From positions 2,046,001 to 2,110,000 of the forward strand of contig CDRNST010000060.1 of NCBI GenBank assembly GCA_977016875.1: a stretch of DNA of 64,000 nucleotides, given 5' to 3'. The position numbers were made by a program, and so were the translations under genes. This DNA comes from Pavona decussata (taxonomy: Eukaryota). The notes beneath the pieces were generated by a model that saw only the letters and a program-made list of their open reading frames with translations, was not told the DNA's origin and ran no database searches. Of the stretch, positions 1 through 12,500 are shown one piece after another. Numbering within the stretch: the first letter of the stretch is position 1; the number at the start of each line of letters is the position of its first letter.

Positions 1-57
1 TTTCTGGATCGCCTTATCTCTTCCTTTCTTCGTGCTATCCCTTCCCGATTCGTTAAC

Positions 58-527
58 TCACTTCGGCCTGTGAAACTCGATGTCGGCAATTCCATTTTTG
101 ATTAGTTGCTTCAATGCCTTACGATTCATGGTTTCATTGGCGACGTTGTTTGCGTTAAGAATTTCTTTGTATGCAGCTTGTAACTGAGAAATCGGTACAA
201 TCTTCACATCACTTGAAGTAATCTCAGTTAAAGTTAAGAATTCTATCTTGGCTGCTATCTCACTGGCCATTCTAACAGGGGCCCCAGAAGCGGGAGCGGG
301 CTTACGCAAAATATTGGTCACGCTGTTCAACCAACAGTTTTTTTGTGGTACTTGATGTCGATTGATTGCGCATCATTGGAGGCAAAAATGGCGGTATTTA
401 GCTTAACGGCAAGCTCTTCGCTACCTGACAAAGTGATGGCTTTACGCAGTGATTCTCCGCCAGATAGTGTCCTAACAATAAATAGCATCTCCCTATAACC
501 TGCTTGACCATGACATAAAAAAAGCAA
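58..527 (-). mobile_element. Degenerate, frameshifted ORF remnant, probably transposon-derived, downstream of the three Claspin exons (likely intronic)
   Basis: Two adjacent broken ORFs (58..330, 327..527). The DAQSIDIKYHKK segment resembles the D-x-x-A-x-x-x-x-YH-x-x-C motif of repeated uncharacterised TE-like proteins in invertebrates. No clean splice structure. Confidence 0.3.
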
Positions 528-1903
528 GCAGCTTTTTTTTAAGGTGAAGTTTGCGACCGAGTCAGCTGGGAATGCCCTGGAGTAATATTATCAGCTCCCG
601 ATCGAGACTTACGCCTAGATTCGCAGGAATGGACAACACCCTTGTAGCAGGATTGATGCCATGAAGAACCCTTTTCCTCAAGATCTTTAACTGAAATATC
701 CTGCAGCTTAACCCAAGCCTCCGAGCACTACTGTTTATTGCCATAACTAGCCCATTCTTTGACAAAATCTAAAACTTTTCCGTAGGAATCAATTGAAGGT
801 TTGCAAACAAGACTTTCCTTCTCTCTTTTCTGGCAAATATATACATGTAATGCACAAATCAAATTCTAGATTTGTCTTTTCGGGGGCTAGAGAAGCAGAA
901 ACATATAAATTCGCCATAAAAGATCACAACAGTGTGAGTACCTGATGAAAAAGACCGCTGACCAGCAATAAGGTTAATTTCGATTATTATATCAGAATTC
1001 AAAGCAGGTATCAAAGCAGGTATCATTGGGAAACAGTGACAGTAATTTTTGAAAGAATGTACATATTATGATGCCGGATATAAACATTTTTCTGTTCGAG
1101 CCTCGCTTCCATGATAAAAAGGTCACGTGACTATATGTATTACTTTAATGTTTATCATTTCATAGCCAATCTGAGCAAGTTTGATGACAATTGGTTCAAA
1201 TAAGCGATAATTATAGGCAATCTAATGTAGAAGCCTCGCTTCCATGTCAATATGGTCAAGTGACCTTGTTAACTATTATTCTGACCATTGACATGTTAGA
1301 TATCCCCTTATGATAAATCTGAGCAAGTTTGCTGGCTTTTGGTTGCAAATATCGATAGTTATGAGCAATTTAAGTCTCAGCCTCGTTTCCATGCTGAGCC
1401 ATACAGGGCCTATTTTAAAACCACCGTAGCAGCTGCCGGTGCAAGTCGCAAAATTGCCGACAACATTTTCTGTGTTCCTAAGGGTCCCCTTGACATTTCT
1501 AGATAGGTGGCTTGTTATCTTCAAGAAAATCCCACGGGATTACAGATGCTCCCTGACTAATACACAATTATTGATGAAAAAGGCAAGATATGTGCAGTGA
1601 CCAGAGTAGCTTAGGCTTTCGGGTTGGTCACTGCCATGTGCAATTAACTGTTGTAGACAATCTGATGTTTCATGTAGACTGGTTCTTACTGCCTTTCTTA
1701 CCTGCCGTACAACTGTATCTTGCAACTTGTCCAAAGTGATCATTTGGTGCATACAATGTAATCAAACTAATGATCTATTCTAGACCTTTACTACACATGT
1801 TACAGGCTGCCATTTTCGTTTTTAGGTTATCACCTTCCTGCACACCTGAGAAAATTTTGTGGGATAAAGTTTTAAAAGGAATCTTTCTAAATTGTCATTT
1901 TAC

Positions 1904-3604
1904 CTTTTAGTTTCCTTGTGATCCATGAGGGGCACCCTTTTCAGAAAGTGTGATATGGGAAGAACTGTTGGCTGGTGGTATGGTAACCTGACTGTTGATT
2001 CTGAAAGAGAAGACACAGTGCAATGTCAGAGGCAGTTAATGGTTAGGTAAATTCAAGACTTTGCAGGACCATTAGACCAGTTGGCAATCTTCTTTGTGAG
2101 TGCAAGACTTTCTTAGCTTTGCAGAAGAAGTCCAGACTGCATGATGGCTTTGTGAAAAAATAAAGAATGCAACACCTATGAAAACTGACTAAAATTTGTG
2201 ATACCTTACATGAATGTCCCATGAGGCTAAGTTGGAAGAGAAAATTTCCAAGAGGCTCAAAGCTCAGAATTTTAAGTGGTCATTCTAGCAATGCAGATTC
2301 AGACTACTAAACCGGCTTGGTCAGTGCATGCACCAAAGATTTCTTTCAAAATCACAAACCTCTGACCATTCTTTGTGTTTCACTGTGCATAGACATCAAT
2401 TCAGCCTTCTTGGCCTTGCGAGGCTTTGGGGACTGTTGAAAAACAATAAACATGTGTCAACCAGGCCAGATCTGAGAAAAATGTGACATTTTAATGGTGA
2501 TTTTTGACAGTGTTCTTAGGGTTTTTGGTAAAAAATCTAAGAAATCTGAGACAACATTCTAGAGTTTTCTAAGGGTATTTAGGCCAAATCTAAGAAATCT
2601 GTGACAGATGACAAGGAAATTGGATCTTTGATGCTTTTCTGAGGTTTTTAGGGCATCCAAGACAGTAGATATATTTTGCCAGTGAATCTGCAGTAGGCTG
2701 TCACAGATCATCAGATATAAATGAAACCCTTATGGAACCATGGTAAACATCTTGACAGTTCTACATCTGGAATGAAAAGCCTTTTGAAGATCGAAATCTA
2801 GCCGTCAGATTTCCTTATGAGGTACATGCACAGTCAGCTCCCTTTATTTCGGACACCCTTGGGACTGCAAATTAGTGTCCTGAATAGTGAGAGTCCGTAA
2901 TAGCGGGAATTTATTTTCAGTCAAACATCTGTAATTTATTTTTGCCAGGGATTTAGCTGTTGTCCGTATTATCGGGGTGTCCGTAAACGTTAATGTTACG
3001 TATGTGTCACAGACACAACCATCACGTGAATACTAAATTTTGTCCATAATGGGTATCTGCCCATCACATGTTTCACCGGCTTCCCTTTACAGCCCCCCCC
3101 TCCCCCTCACTCCCTCCTCCCTTACTGATTGACAATTAGATAGGAGCATAAATTATGGCTATGCTATATAACTACTGTACGGTCCACAAATAATTATCTG
3201 AAATATAAATCATAGGAGCTTTTCAAAATAAACAGTTTTCACGGTTTTCAACAGCTGTAATATAGGCCTTCTGTGTATCATAGCACAACTGGTTGGAAAG
3301 CTTCAGCTTTAATTAACAATGCAAGGTTCCTAATAAACTTAAGCGCTTATTTAGCTTATAAGGTTACCTTCTTTTTTGCTTCTCGCTTTTTCTGCTTCTT
3401 CCTCCTTTCCAGCGTGGTTTCCTCGTCAGAACTGCTGTTTGCAGCTTCTCCATCTGAGTTATTATCTTTCTGTTTGTCTATCCAATCCCGCGCTGGTGAT
3501 TTCGGAAGGCTATCCTCCTCAGAAAGGTTGCCATTTTGTCCGCCATCACTGTCTGCTCCGAGCTCCGCGTCGAATAAGTCGTCGTTCGCGAATTGCTGTG
3601 ACAT
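1904..3604 (-). CDS. CLSPN: Claspin-like protein, 5' exons (3604-3368, 2432-2360, 2000-1904); later exons not resolved or outside the window
   Basis: Spliced translation MSQQFANDDLFD...KKREAKKK|SPKPRKAKKAELMSMHSETQRMVR|ESTVRLPYHQPTVLPISHFLKR matches the conserved Claspin motif [34 protein letters not shown]/AG boundaries with consistent phases (0, 1). Confidence 0.8.
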
Positions 3605-3949
3605 TTTCGGACAAGAAATGATTGATTTCATAGCAGTTATGTATACGAAAACACTGGAAACCATTTTACCTGAAGTACGTCGACGGCAACTGCCATTTTC
3701 GTCCACAAGTCCGTTGTAAAACTCAGCGTAGTGAGCAAGCGGAGCAAAATAGACAAAGCAAATTTCGCGCCAAATTTCCAATCGTAGTTATTCATCGATA
3801 TGTTTCCGGGACACATCGGAATAACTTCGGGCAATTATCGGACAATGATTCATTCGGTTCCCCAACGCGGTTACCAAGCTATTCTGAGGGAACACTTCCA
3901 CACAACATTTTGGTCATTCAACAAGTACGGTGAATCATACAGTACAAAT
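3605..3949. promoter_or_regulatory. Probable bidirectional promoter shared by CLSPN and GTF2E2
   Basis: Only 345 bp between divergent ATGs. CpG-rich, with an E2F-like TTTCGCGCC at about 3763-3771. Confidence 0.6.
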
Positions 3950-4816
3950 ATGGATCCTTCCCTACTCAAGGACTTGAAAGACTTCAAAGCAAGAAGTATA
4001 AAACAGCCTACTGTCGAGTCCAAAAAGTCGAAACCATCACACAGCACTGACCAAACAAGATCAAAACCAAAAGTGCCAAAGAGTAGCTATCTCCCAAAGG
4101 AACTTTTGCAGCCGAAGAAACCGGCCAGTCCTGCGATCGACTATAAATCACACACTTTTAGAAGCAAACATAAATTTGCTGTGCTGGCTGCTATAGTGGA
4201 CTTCATGAAAAAGCGACATCTTCAACGAAAGTTCGACCCTTTGAGTGTGGATGAAATCCTCGATCAAATCAACTACACTGACATTAGTCAAAGCGATAAA
4301 GCTTGGCTGGGCAACGAGGCCTTGAAAGGGAACTCCAAGCTCGTTCATAGAGACGGCAAGTTTGCTTTCAAGCCGAAATATTATGTCAAGGATAAGAAAC
4401 AACTGTTGAAACTATTAGAAAAAAACGAAGACTCCGGTCTTGGTGGAATCTTACTCGACGATATTCGCGAAAGTTTACCCGATGCTGATGAAGTCATCAA
4501 GTCCGTTGGTCGCAGAATTACGTTTATAACTCGTACTACGGACAAAAAAGTTATTCTTTTCTTCAAAAATGACCAGTACCAACTCCCAGTTGATGAAGAA
4601 TTTCAAAAACATTGGCGTGGTGTGTCTGTGGAGGGCATCGGCGAGAACGACATTGAGAAGTATCTTGTGAACGCAGGGATCACAACGATGCAGGACTCTG
4701 GGATAAGAAAGCCACAGCAAGCCCAGCAACGAAGGAAACCGAATAGGAAACGAAATTTCAAGAAACTGAACACACATTTGGACGAGAGCACACTGAAGGA
4801 TTATTCACAGAGTTAA
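3950..4816 (+). CDS. GTF2E2: General transcription factor IIE subunit 2 (TFIIE beta), 288 aa, intronless
   Basis: MDPSLL start, KFAVLAAIVDFMK, AFKPKY, GLGGILLDDI, VDEEFQKHW and LKDYS end are colinear with human TFIIE-beta over the full length. The ATG at 3950 lies in the 3800..4816 ORF. Confidence 0.95.
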   Translation: MDPSLLKDLKDFKARSIKQPTVESKKSKPSHSTDQTRSKPKVPKSSYLPKELLQPKKPASPAIDYKSHTFRSKHKFAVLAAIVDFMKKRHLQRKFDPLSVDEILDQINYTDISQSDKAWLGNEALKGNSKLVHRDGKFAFKPKYYVKDKKQLLKLLEKNEDSGLGGILLDDIRESLPDADEVIKSVGRRITFITRTTDKKVILFFKNDQYQLPVDEEFQKHWRGVSVEGIGENDIEKYLVNAGITTMQDSGIRKPQQAQQRRKPNRKRNFKKLNTHLDESTLKDYSQS

Positions 4817-4930
4817 TTTATTAAGAAGTCAGAAGATACTGACATTGCAACTCATTAGATCAGAATTTAACATTGAATACTTTAAATTAATATACATGAA
4901 GTGCTACTTCTCCTCTGTCACTTGCATGTA

Positions 4931-5440
4931 CGGTGGAACCCTGTTAACACGACCACCTTCGGGCCTTGAAAATGTGATCATAATAATAGGGTGGTCCAAT
5001 TAACGAGGTTATAAAACTAAAGCCAGCGACACACTTGCCGATTTTAGATCGGCATATAAAATTGTTGATATCTGGCATGTCAGATGTCGGTGATTAAATT
5101 TGCTGGCATTCGCCAAGTGTGCCCGTTCCTGCGATTTTCTACGTTTATTGCTGCAAATCGCCAGTAAAGCCAACCCATCAGGTTGGGCAATTTTATCACA
5201 TGAGTTTTCAAAACTGCCACATCGCAGCGATTTGCGAAAAAAATCGTGAGGTGTGTCTGCATCAATCAAATGGGTGGCGAAAATTGCTTGCGATTTTTGA
5301 TGGCAATCAAATTCACTGCAATCGGTGTATAAAATTTCCAGGTGTGTCGCTGGCTTAAGGAAATGACTGAAATTTCAAATGGTTCGAAGCACAAAAAAAT
5401 GGTTGTAATAATGATGTGGTCGTAAGGCGGGGTTCTACTG
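4931..5440. mobile_element. Tc1/mariner-type MITE (TA flanks) with a nested PIF/Harbinger-type MITE at 5021-5355
   Basis: Outer ends ta|CGGTGGAACC...GGTTCTACTG|ta. Inner ends taa|AGCCAGCGACACAC...GTGTGTCGCTGGCT|taa. The inner element recurs at 60621-60943. Confidence 0.7.
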
Positions 5441-6598
5441 TAATAGCAAAAAAGATGCAGCAAGTGTTTCCGTGGGTTTTGTCCTTTTTTTGCTATTTGA
5501 CCATGCAAAAATAAAATTGTTGGAAAAACACTTACAGCCCACGGAAACGCTTGTTATGCAGGCTATATGTAGTGATCCACAACTTCTTATTTCAGTGAAA
5601 TATTAACTAAGATTCATACTAAAACAATTGGATTCACTCTCAATTTTTAAGCATGATAGTTTATTTGGGCTGCACCATCTTCACCTTTGTCACATCATGG
5701 AACACTGGAATACCCCAGAACACCAGGGATTGTAGCTAAAGCTTAATTAGGCCCCATTGGGCTGTACAAGTCCTCACGCTTATGTTTAGCTTCAATTTAG
5801 TGCTCTGGGCCAAGTTGTTGAAAGCCTGATTGGCATTTATGCTGGTTCATATCACTGGTTCATCTAGCTTTCCTGCCTTCAAGAAACAAAATAAGCCTGA
5901 TGGTTTTTTGAGGTCTCCTCATCATATCTTTACCCACTCTGTTACTTTTGTCTTTGATTAATGTGTTTTATGGCAAATAAATGATGATGATGTTGATGAT
6001 GATATGATGAAATGTTAACAGTGAACAAAACCTATAAGCTGTCATGGTACAATGTGGTTAATCTGGATTTGGGCTAATTTATTGTGCTTCAAACAACCAG
6101 CTCTGGTGTTGCTGGTTTTAGTACAGGAACAACATGGGAGAGGAATCTCAAACTATTAATAATTAATAGTTATTATTAATCTTATTATTAAATAAAAAAA
6201 ATGTTGTATGTAAACGCACAAATGCAAACTTTGTTACCACTTGTCCGCAGGGGATTTTCAGAGGAAATAACATCAAACATCTACAGTATATATGTATAAA
6301 AATCAAATGTTTAAAAACCCCAATGCTTTGACCTGACTGGCCAGAACTTCAGCCTTCATCAGGGGGAAGGCTGAAGTTTTAGCCAAAACGTTGGGGTTTT
6401 TAAACATCTGATTGTTATACATAACTTTTTTTAACAAAAGAAACGTTCTATTTATCATGAATCCACCTGATTACAGGCCTATCTTAAAAAAAAAAAAAAA
6501 CAGTTTATGATATTGTACAATTTAACTACAATATAGGTAGGCACTATCAATTCACACATTTAAATCTATAGTCTGATGCCTTCCTGGGTCAAAGTCTC

Positions 6599-9500
6599 CT
6601 ATGAACCCCTCAGTTCCCTCTTCAATATTTTTCCACTGGCCGTCTTGGGGATCTGTTCAATAAATTCCACTCCTCCTCTGAGCTTTTTGTGTGGAGCCAC
6701 TTTTTCAGCCACAAAATCTATGATTTCTGACTTTGTAACTTCCCCTTTTGGCACGATGAATGCTTTAGGAAGTTCTCCAGCTTCCTCGTCGGGAATCCCA
6801 ATCACTGCGACATCCAGGACATTTGGATGTGTATGAAGAAGAGCTTCCAGTTCAGCTGGGGGAACCTGTGCATGACAAAACTTTAATCAAGTTTCACTGT
6901 AAAACAAAAAATGGGCTTGCCTTTATTCTAACCTGTGAGTAGTTTGAGACAGTTTTCGATGACAGGATATATTACTTAAGACAGGACTTATAACCAAATA
7001 AAACATTAGGGGGGGAGGGGGTAGACATTTCCCTTGGCAAGCAGTGGGGAATGGAACGTAGCTTCAAATTGCTGGATATATATTATTATTATTATTACTA
7101 CTATTAATATTAGGGCTTAAAATTATCATGAAGGAGAATTTGGATCCCTCAGAAGAGAAGAGAGATTTCTGAAATAATCTTTCAAATAAATGTGTTTTTT
7201 TTTTTTGGGGGGGGGGGGGGGAGGAGGGAGATGGCCATGTGACAAAAGAAATGACCTTTGACCAGGGAATATTGTAGGGAAGGACAAGTATTATAACTTG
7301 CAGATCTGAGGAAGGGTTCAATTTTTATTTTGATGGGAGTTTGTAATTGAGAATAGTTAAAGGAGGTGTATAACGGGTGGAGTAATAATATTATTGAAGG
7401 CTTCAACTAAAGGTCGAATAAGCTAGGGGTGATAAACAGAGGATTTGTTGGGGATGGAGGTGGGGAAGCCATTCCAGGCATTTAAAGTAATCAAAATGTA
7501 TTACAAAAGCAGCCAAATTGCGCAGTGCAACCAGGCTGAAAAATTTACTTCAATTATTCTTCTTTGTTACCGTCAAATGTTGTTTTTTAGCCCTGGGCAT
7601 TCACGAAGAACTTTACCTGAAATCCTTTGTATTTAATGAGCTCCTTTAGCCTGTCCACAATGAAGAAGTGTCCCTCCTCATCGTAATGTCCTGTATCTCC
7701 ACTGTGGAACCATCCATCTGCAGTGATGGATTCTGCTGTGGCTTTGGGGTTATTAAGGTAGCCTAACACAGCAGAGGTTTTAACAAAGTTATCCACTGAC
7801 TGATTTCACAGGTGTACACATTTAATTATTAATAAGCCAAATCCAGTTGAAAAATTTGCAATTCCCTTCTTTCAACCATTCCTTATATGGGAGAAGTTGA
7901 TGGCATTTTTAATGTTACATGTATCTTTCTACCAATCACATGTAGTGAAATTTTAATGAACATCTCTCAGTAATACCATCTTAAAGTCAGACCTACTTAG
8001 GCAATAGTGTCACATGCAGTCATTTATAAGGGAGTGAGATAACCGTGGAGGCCCTTACTACCCCCTTACTCCCTTCTGTGTGCAAGGCTACTTTTGGAAG
8101 GGGCAATTATTTCCGTAACTGATTTTTTTGTGATATTTGTTTACTGGACAGGTACATATAATATTACGCTATGGACGAAGTTTGAGAAACAACTTAACAT
8201 CCTCAATATATATAGTCAAGCACATCTTATTGTTTTTATTACCATAATGATGGGCCACCCTGCCAGTTTTAACAAATGCCATTTAACTACTAATTTAGTT
8301 TTTCCGTAAAGCTAATAAAATAAACAAATAAAATGAATTTGTAGCTATTGTTCTTTTTGCCTTTAGTATAATTTTAACAGGTACAAAATAATAGAATTTA
8401 TTTGGTAATTATTGGAGCCAACATGTTACAGTAACATTATAATAATTTATTTATTTGGTGCTGGGCAATTTATGAATACTATTATTATTTCTAGATATTT
8501 TGGTAGATACATGTAAGTTTAATACAGCTGTGTGTGGAAGAAACAGTTCAAATTGGGCCTGTTTTTTCTATGGTAAGCCCACTGAAAAATCAACACCAAA
8601 CAATTAATGCATTATTGTACAAATATCCACATAAATTTGTATAGAAATATCACTGACAACAAATTTGCACACATTTCAATAGATATGCATTTCTTACAAT
8701 TTCAGAAAATTGACAAAAAGTTATTAATATGATTTTGCATATAGGAAATAACATATTGGTACCTTTCATAACAATGGGCCCTCTAATGCACACCTCTCCA
8801 TCTTGGTTTGGGCCAAGAGGTTCACCTGTTTGAACATCAACCACCTGCAAGACGAATTCCCCAGCACTGATCAATACTTAAATTTTCTGTACCTCTTCAT
8901 GTAATATGTCAAAAACGAGGGCGAGTGCTTTATCACGGGTTCCAAATACCGAGAAACAGATGAAAGCACAAGGCCGCAGGCCGAGTGCTTTCATCTGTTT
9001 CGAGGTATTTGGAACCCGTGATAAAGCACGAAGCCCGAGTTTTTGACATGTCTTCTCAAATGAAACAATAAGAAATTAATCTCATTAAAATGCAAATGTT
9101 TGATCTCAGATGAAAAACATGTTTCATCTCAGATGAAAACCTGGTGGTGTTTCATCTGGTGTTTCATTGGGGTATCAAGATTCATCCACCTGACCGAAAT
9201 GGAGGTCATTTATTGGCTTTTGACTGCATGAATTATTAATGAGTTTGAGAACATCAGATCAAGCACACAGGTAGTGATTGAGAACCAATATTTAGGTCCT
9301 GACACTTAACATGGCTGTTGTTCTTGAAAGTCACATTTGCACTTACCTCAAGTTTTTGATCTCCAGCATGTTTTCAAAAGCAACTGGGAGCAATTACTAT
9401 TCCCTCTCCCACCCCCTGCATGGGATGCCAGACTAACCCCTCCCTCCAATCCCAATGCCCAGGTGTCACAAGTACCCGGTTATACACCTGGGTGAGAGCA

Positions 9501-12500
9501 GAGGCCAATCTTGGACCAACAACACCCTGATTGCCCAGTCAAAAGTTTGCTGCACTAATTCACTGCTATTTTACCTCCCTATGCAAAAGTTTTACTGGTC
9601 ATGTGATAATTTAGAGGTAAAATCATACCTTTCCTTCAACATTTGGTAACATAACCCCAACAGCACCTGGCTTGCAGTTATTCCGAGGACAAAGCATCGC
9701 TGCTGGGCTTGTCTCCGTCAGGCCATAACCTGAAATGAATTTTTAAACTATTGGTCTCCAATTCTAATCCATTTTACCATGGCATGTCTTAACTGGTCTG
9801 CAGAAAGTGTGTTCTCCAAGGAGCAAAGACAAGGTTTAAATTTATTTCATTTTGCTTTTAATCCCTCTCTCCCTCTCTTGCTCTCTGTTCCTTCCTTCCA
9901 TCCTTGCCTCTCTCACTCCATTCTACTCATCCTTCCCTCCTCCTCTCTCCCTTCCTCCTTCAACACCTTTCCCTCTCTCTTTTCTTCTCACTCCTTTCCA
10001 CCCTCCTTCACTCCTTTCACCCTCTCTCTCTCTCTCCCTTCCTCCCTCCCTTCTTCCTTCCCTCCACGTCTATCTCTTCCTTCCTAATAAGCCCCCTCCC
10101 TCTCTTCCTCCCTCCTCTCTCTTTTCCTCCCTCTGTCTCTCCCTCCTACTCTCCGTTTCATCCTTCTTCCTTTCCTTTTTCCCTCCCTCCCTCTGTACCT
10201 CTCTCCCTCCCTTCTTCCTTCCCTCCATGTCTGTATCTTCCTTCCTTACACCCCCTCCCTCTCTTCCTCCCTCCTCTCTCTTTTCCTCCCTCTGTCTCTC
10301 CCTCCTACTCTCCATTCCATCCTCCCTCCTTTCCTTTCTCCCTCCCTCCCTCTGTACCTCTCTCCCTTCCTTCTTCTTTCTCTCTCACTCCATCTCTCCC
10401 TTCTTTCCTCACTCCCTTCCTCTCCCTCTCTTTCTTCCCCACTCCCCTCTTCCCTCCTTTTCTCCCACCCTCCTTCTCTTCCTTCCTCCCTCCCTCCTAC
10501 CCTCTCTTTCTCCCTCTATTCCTCCCTCTCCTACCCTCCCTCCTTACATCCTCCCTTCCTAACTTCCTGTCTATTTATGTATAATTCATTTAACATTTGT
10601 TTTTTCTTTCCCAGACAATTAACATTCTCCACTTATCATGGCAGTCTGTCTATCTGCATGTCGATCATAATATGACACATACCTTGCCCAAGAGCTACCA
10701 CAGTGGGAATGCGTTCTCTCACTGCATGAGTAAGTTCTTCACCAAGAGGTGCAGCACCACTGATGATGGTATCTATGCTTGTCAGGTCGTAATTTGCTAC
10801 TAAAGGATGCTTGGCCAAAAATGTGACAATTGGTGGCACAAGATAAACACTGCTTATCTGCAAGTGAACATGATTGAACGAGAAGGGAACCTTATGGTCA
10901 AATGTTGAAAGACCCTCAAAACAAAAGTCTTAAGAAAGTTTATGGTTCAGACATTGTTTGAAGGGCATGTCTACAAACTTCTGAATGTATCTGACTTGTA
11001 ACAAGATGTAATCTTCTTTACAGAACATTTTCACCAGAAACACTTACTGCAGAAAGCTGTCATGCAGGAGATGTTTTGTCTGGAAACCTTGTCACTGTTC
11101 CAAAAACACAGTGGAAGGATGCTTGCATTCATGTCACTTTCCTGCCAAAACTTGCTGGAGCTAAACACTGGTACCATTGCGTGGCTAGCATCTTTTTTAA
11201 TCATTTAGACTGACATTAACATCACAGTCTTACCTTGAAATCTTGCACTAGTCTTAGCATATGTTCTCCATCAAACTGCTGCATGCAGACAATTTTCCCG
11301 CCACGTTTCAAAAACTGTGCCATAACTACCACCATGCCAAAAATGTGGAAAAATGGAAGAATCCCTAGGACGGTGCCTCGCATTGGATGAGACCTGAAGG
11401 CTTCATGCATGAGCATGCATAATTGTGACACTATATTGTGATGTGTCAACATGACGCCTTTAGGGAAACCAGTTGTTCCACTTGAGTATGGCATGGCACA
11501 AATATCATCTCTTGGGTTGACTGGCACATTATGAGGAAATGCTGAGCCATCGTCATCCAACAGTGTGGTCAGGGGCTCACAGCCTTCTGCTTCTCCAATT
11601 ACAAACACATTGTTCATTCCAACTTCTGATGCCGCTTGCTTTGCTTTGTCAGCTATGGAAGGTATAGTGACAATGTATTTGGCACCTGAGTCTTTAAGCT
11701 GGTAGGCGATCTCCTTTTCTGTGTATGTGGGATTTAAAGTGGTTACCACACCACCAAGAGCAACGACACCAAAAAATAAAATGGGGTATTCAGGGACATT
11801 TGGAAGGTAGAGCGCAAATACATCGCCTTTCTTGAAACCTCTCTTTGTTAACGCTGATCCTAGGTTTTTAATTGAGGTACTTAGCTCATTGTATGTGAAA
11901 GACTTTTCTGAGCCACCATCAAACTAACAAAAGGAAATATAGAAGTCAGACTTTGTTATTGTCACAGTTATCAAATTTTTATATAACCTTTAATCAATAG
12001 AGAAAAACCAAAATATTTTAATCCTGGTGAAGACCCTTCAAGAAAACCAAGAAAGTTTGTGTATGGTTTTGTGTCTATGCCCCAGGGGGGATACTCGGGT
12101 ATAAATGTGACGGGGGGGGGGGGGGGGGAAGGGGGTCCGACGTATTTTTTTGGGTCTAAAATTTTCAACTCCTGTATTTTTTTGGGTTGAAGATTTAACC
12201 ATGTATTTTTTTGGGTCTGCAAAATCTGCGCGTATTTTTTTGGGTTCGAATTTCTGCCAGGCTAATGATTCTTACGCAATTCAAGCAAAGTTCCCGCAAG
12301 ATCCGCAAGGGAGAAAGGCGGTATGTATACTGTTCTTAAGATTGCCTTTTTAGGGTATAAAAGTCATGTAGTTTTTTGGGTCTAAAATTTCCAGTCTTGT
12401 ATTTTTTTGGGTGCACAATACCTTCAGATACCTCCCATAACATCAGATCACCTGTAACAAGTGGTCACTTCAAGAGGGTTGAAAAGAATAGGAAATTTCA

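Noticed and set aside
1540-1850. Possible fourth Claspin exon
   Set aside because: The nearest candidate acceptors give stops in the required phase, and the others give no recognisable Claspin similarity.
3800-3949. 50-aa N-terminal extension of the GTF2E2 ORF
   Set aside because: Homology to TFIIE-beta starts at MDPSLL (3950); the upstream part overlaps the divergent promoter region.
9779-10584. Long Pro/Ser/Leu-rich ORFs
   Set aside because: Artefact of the CT-rich tract, which lacks stop codons.
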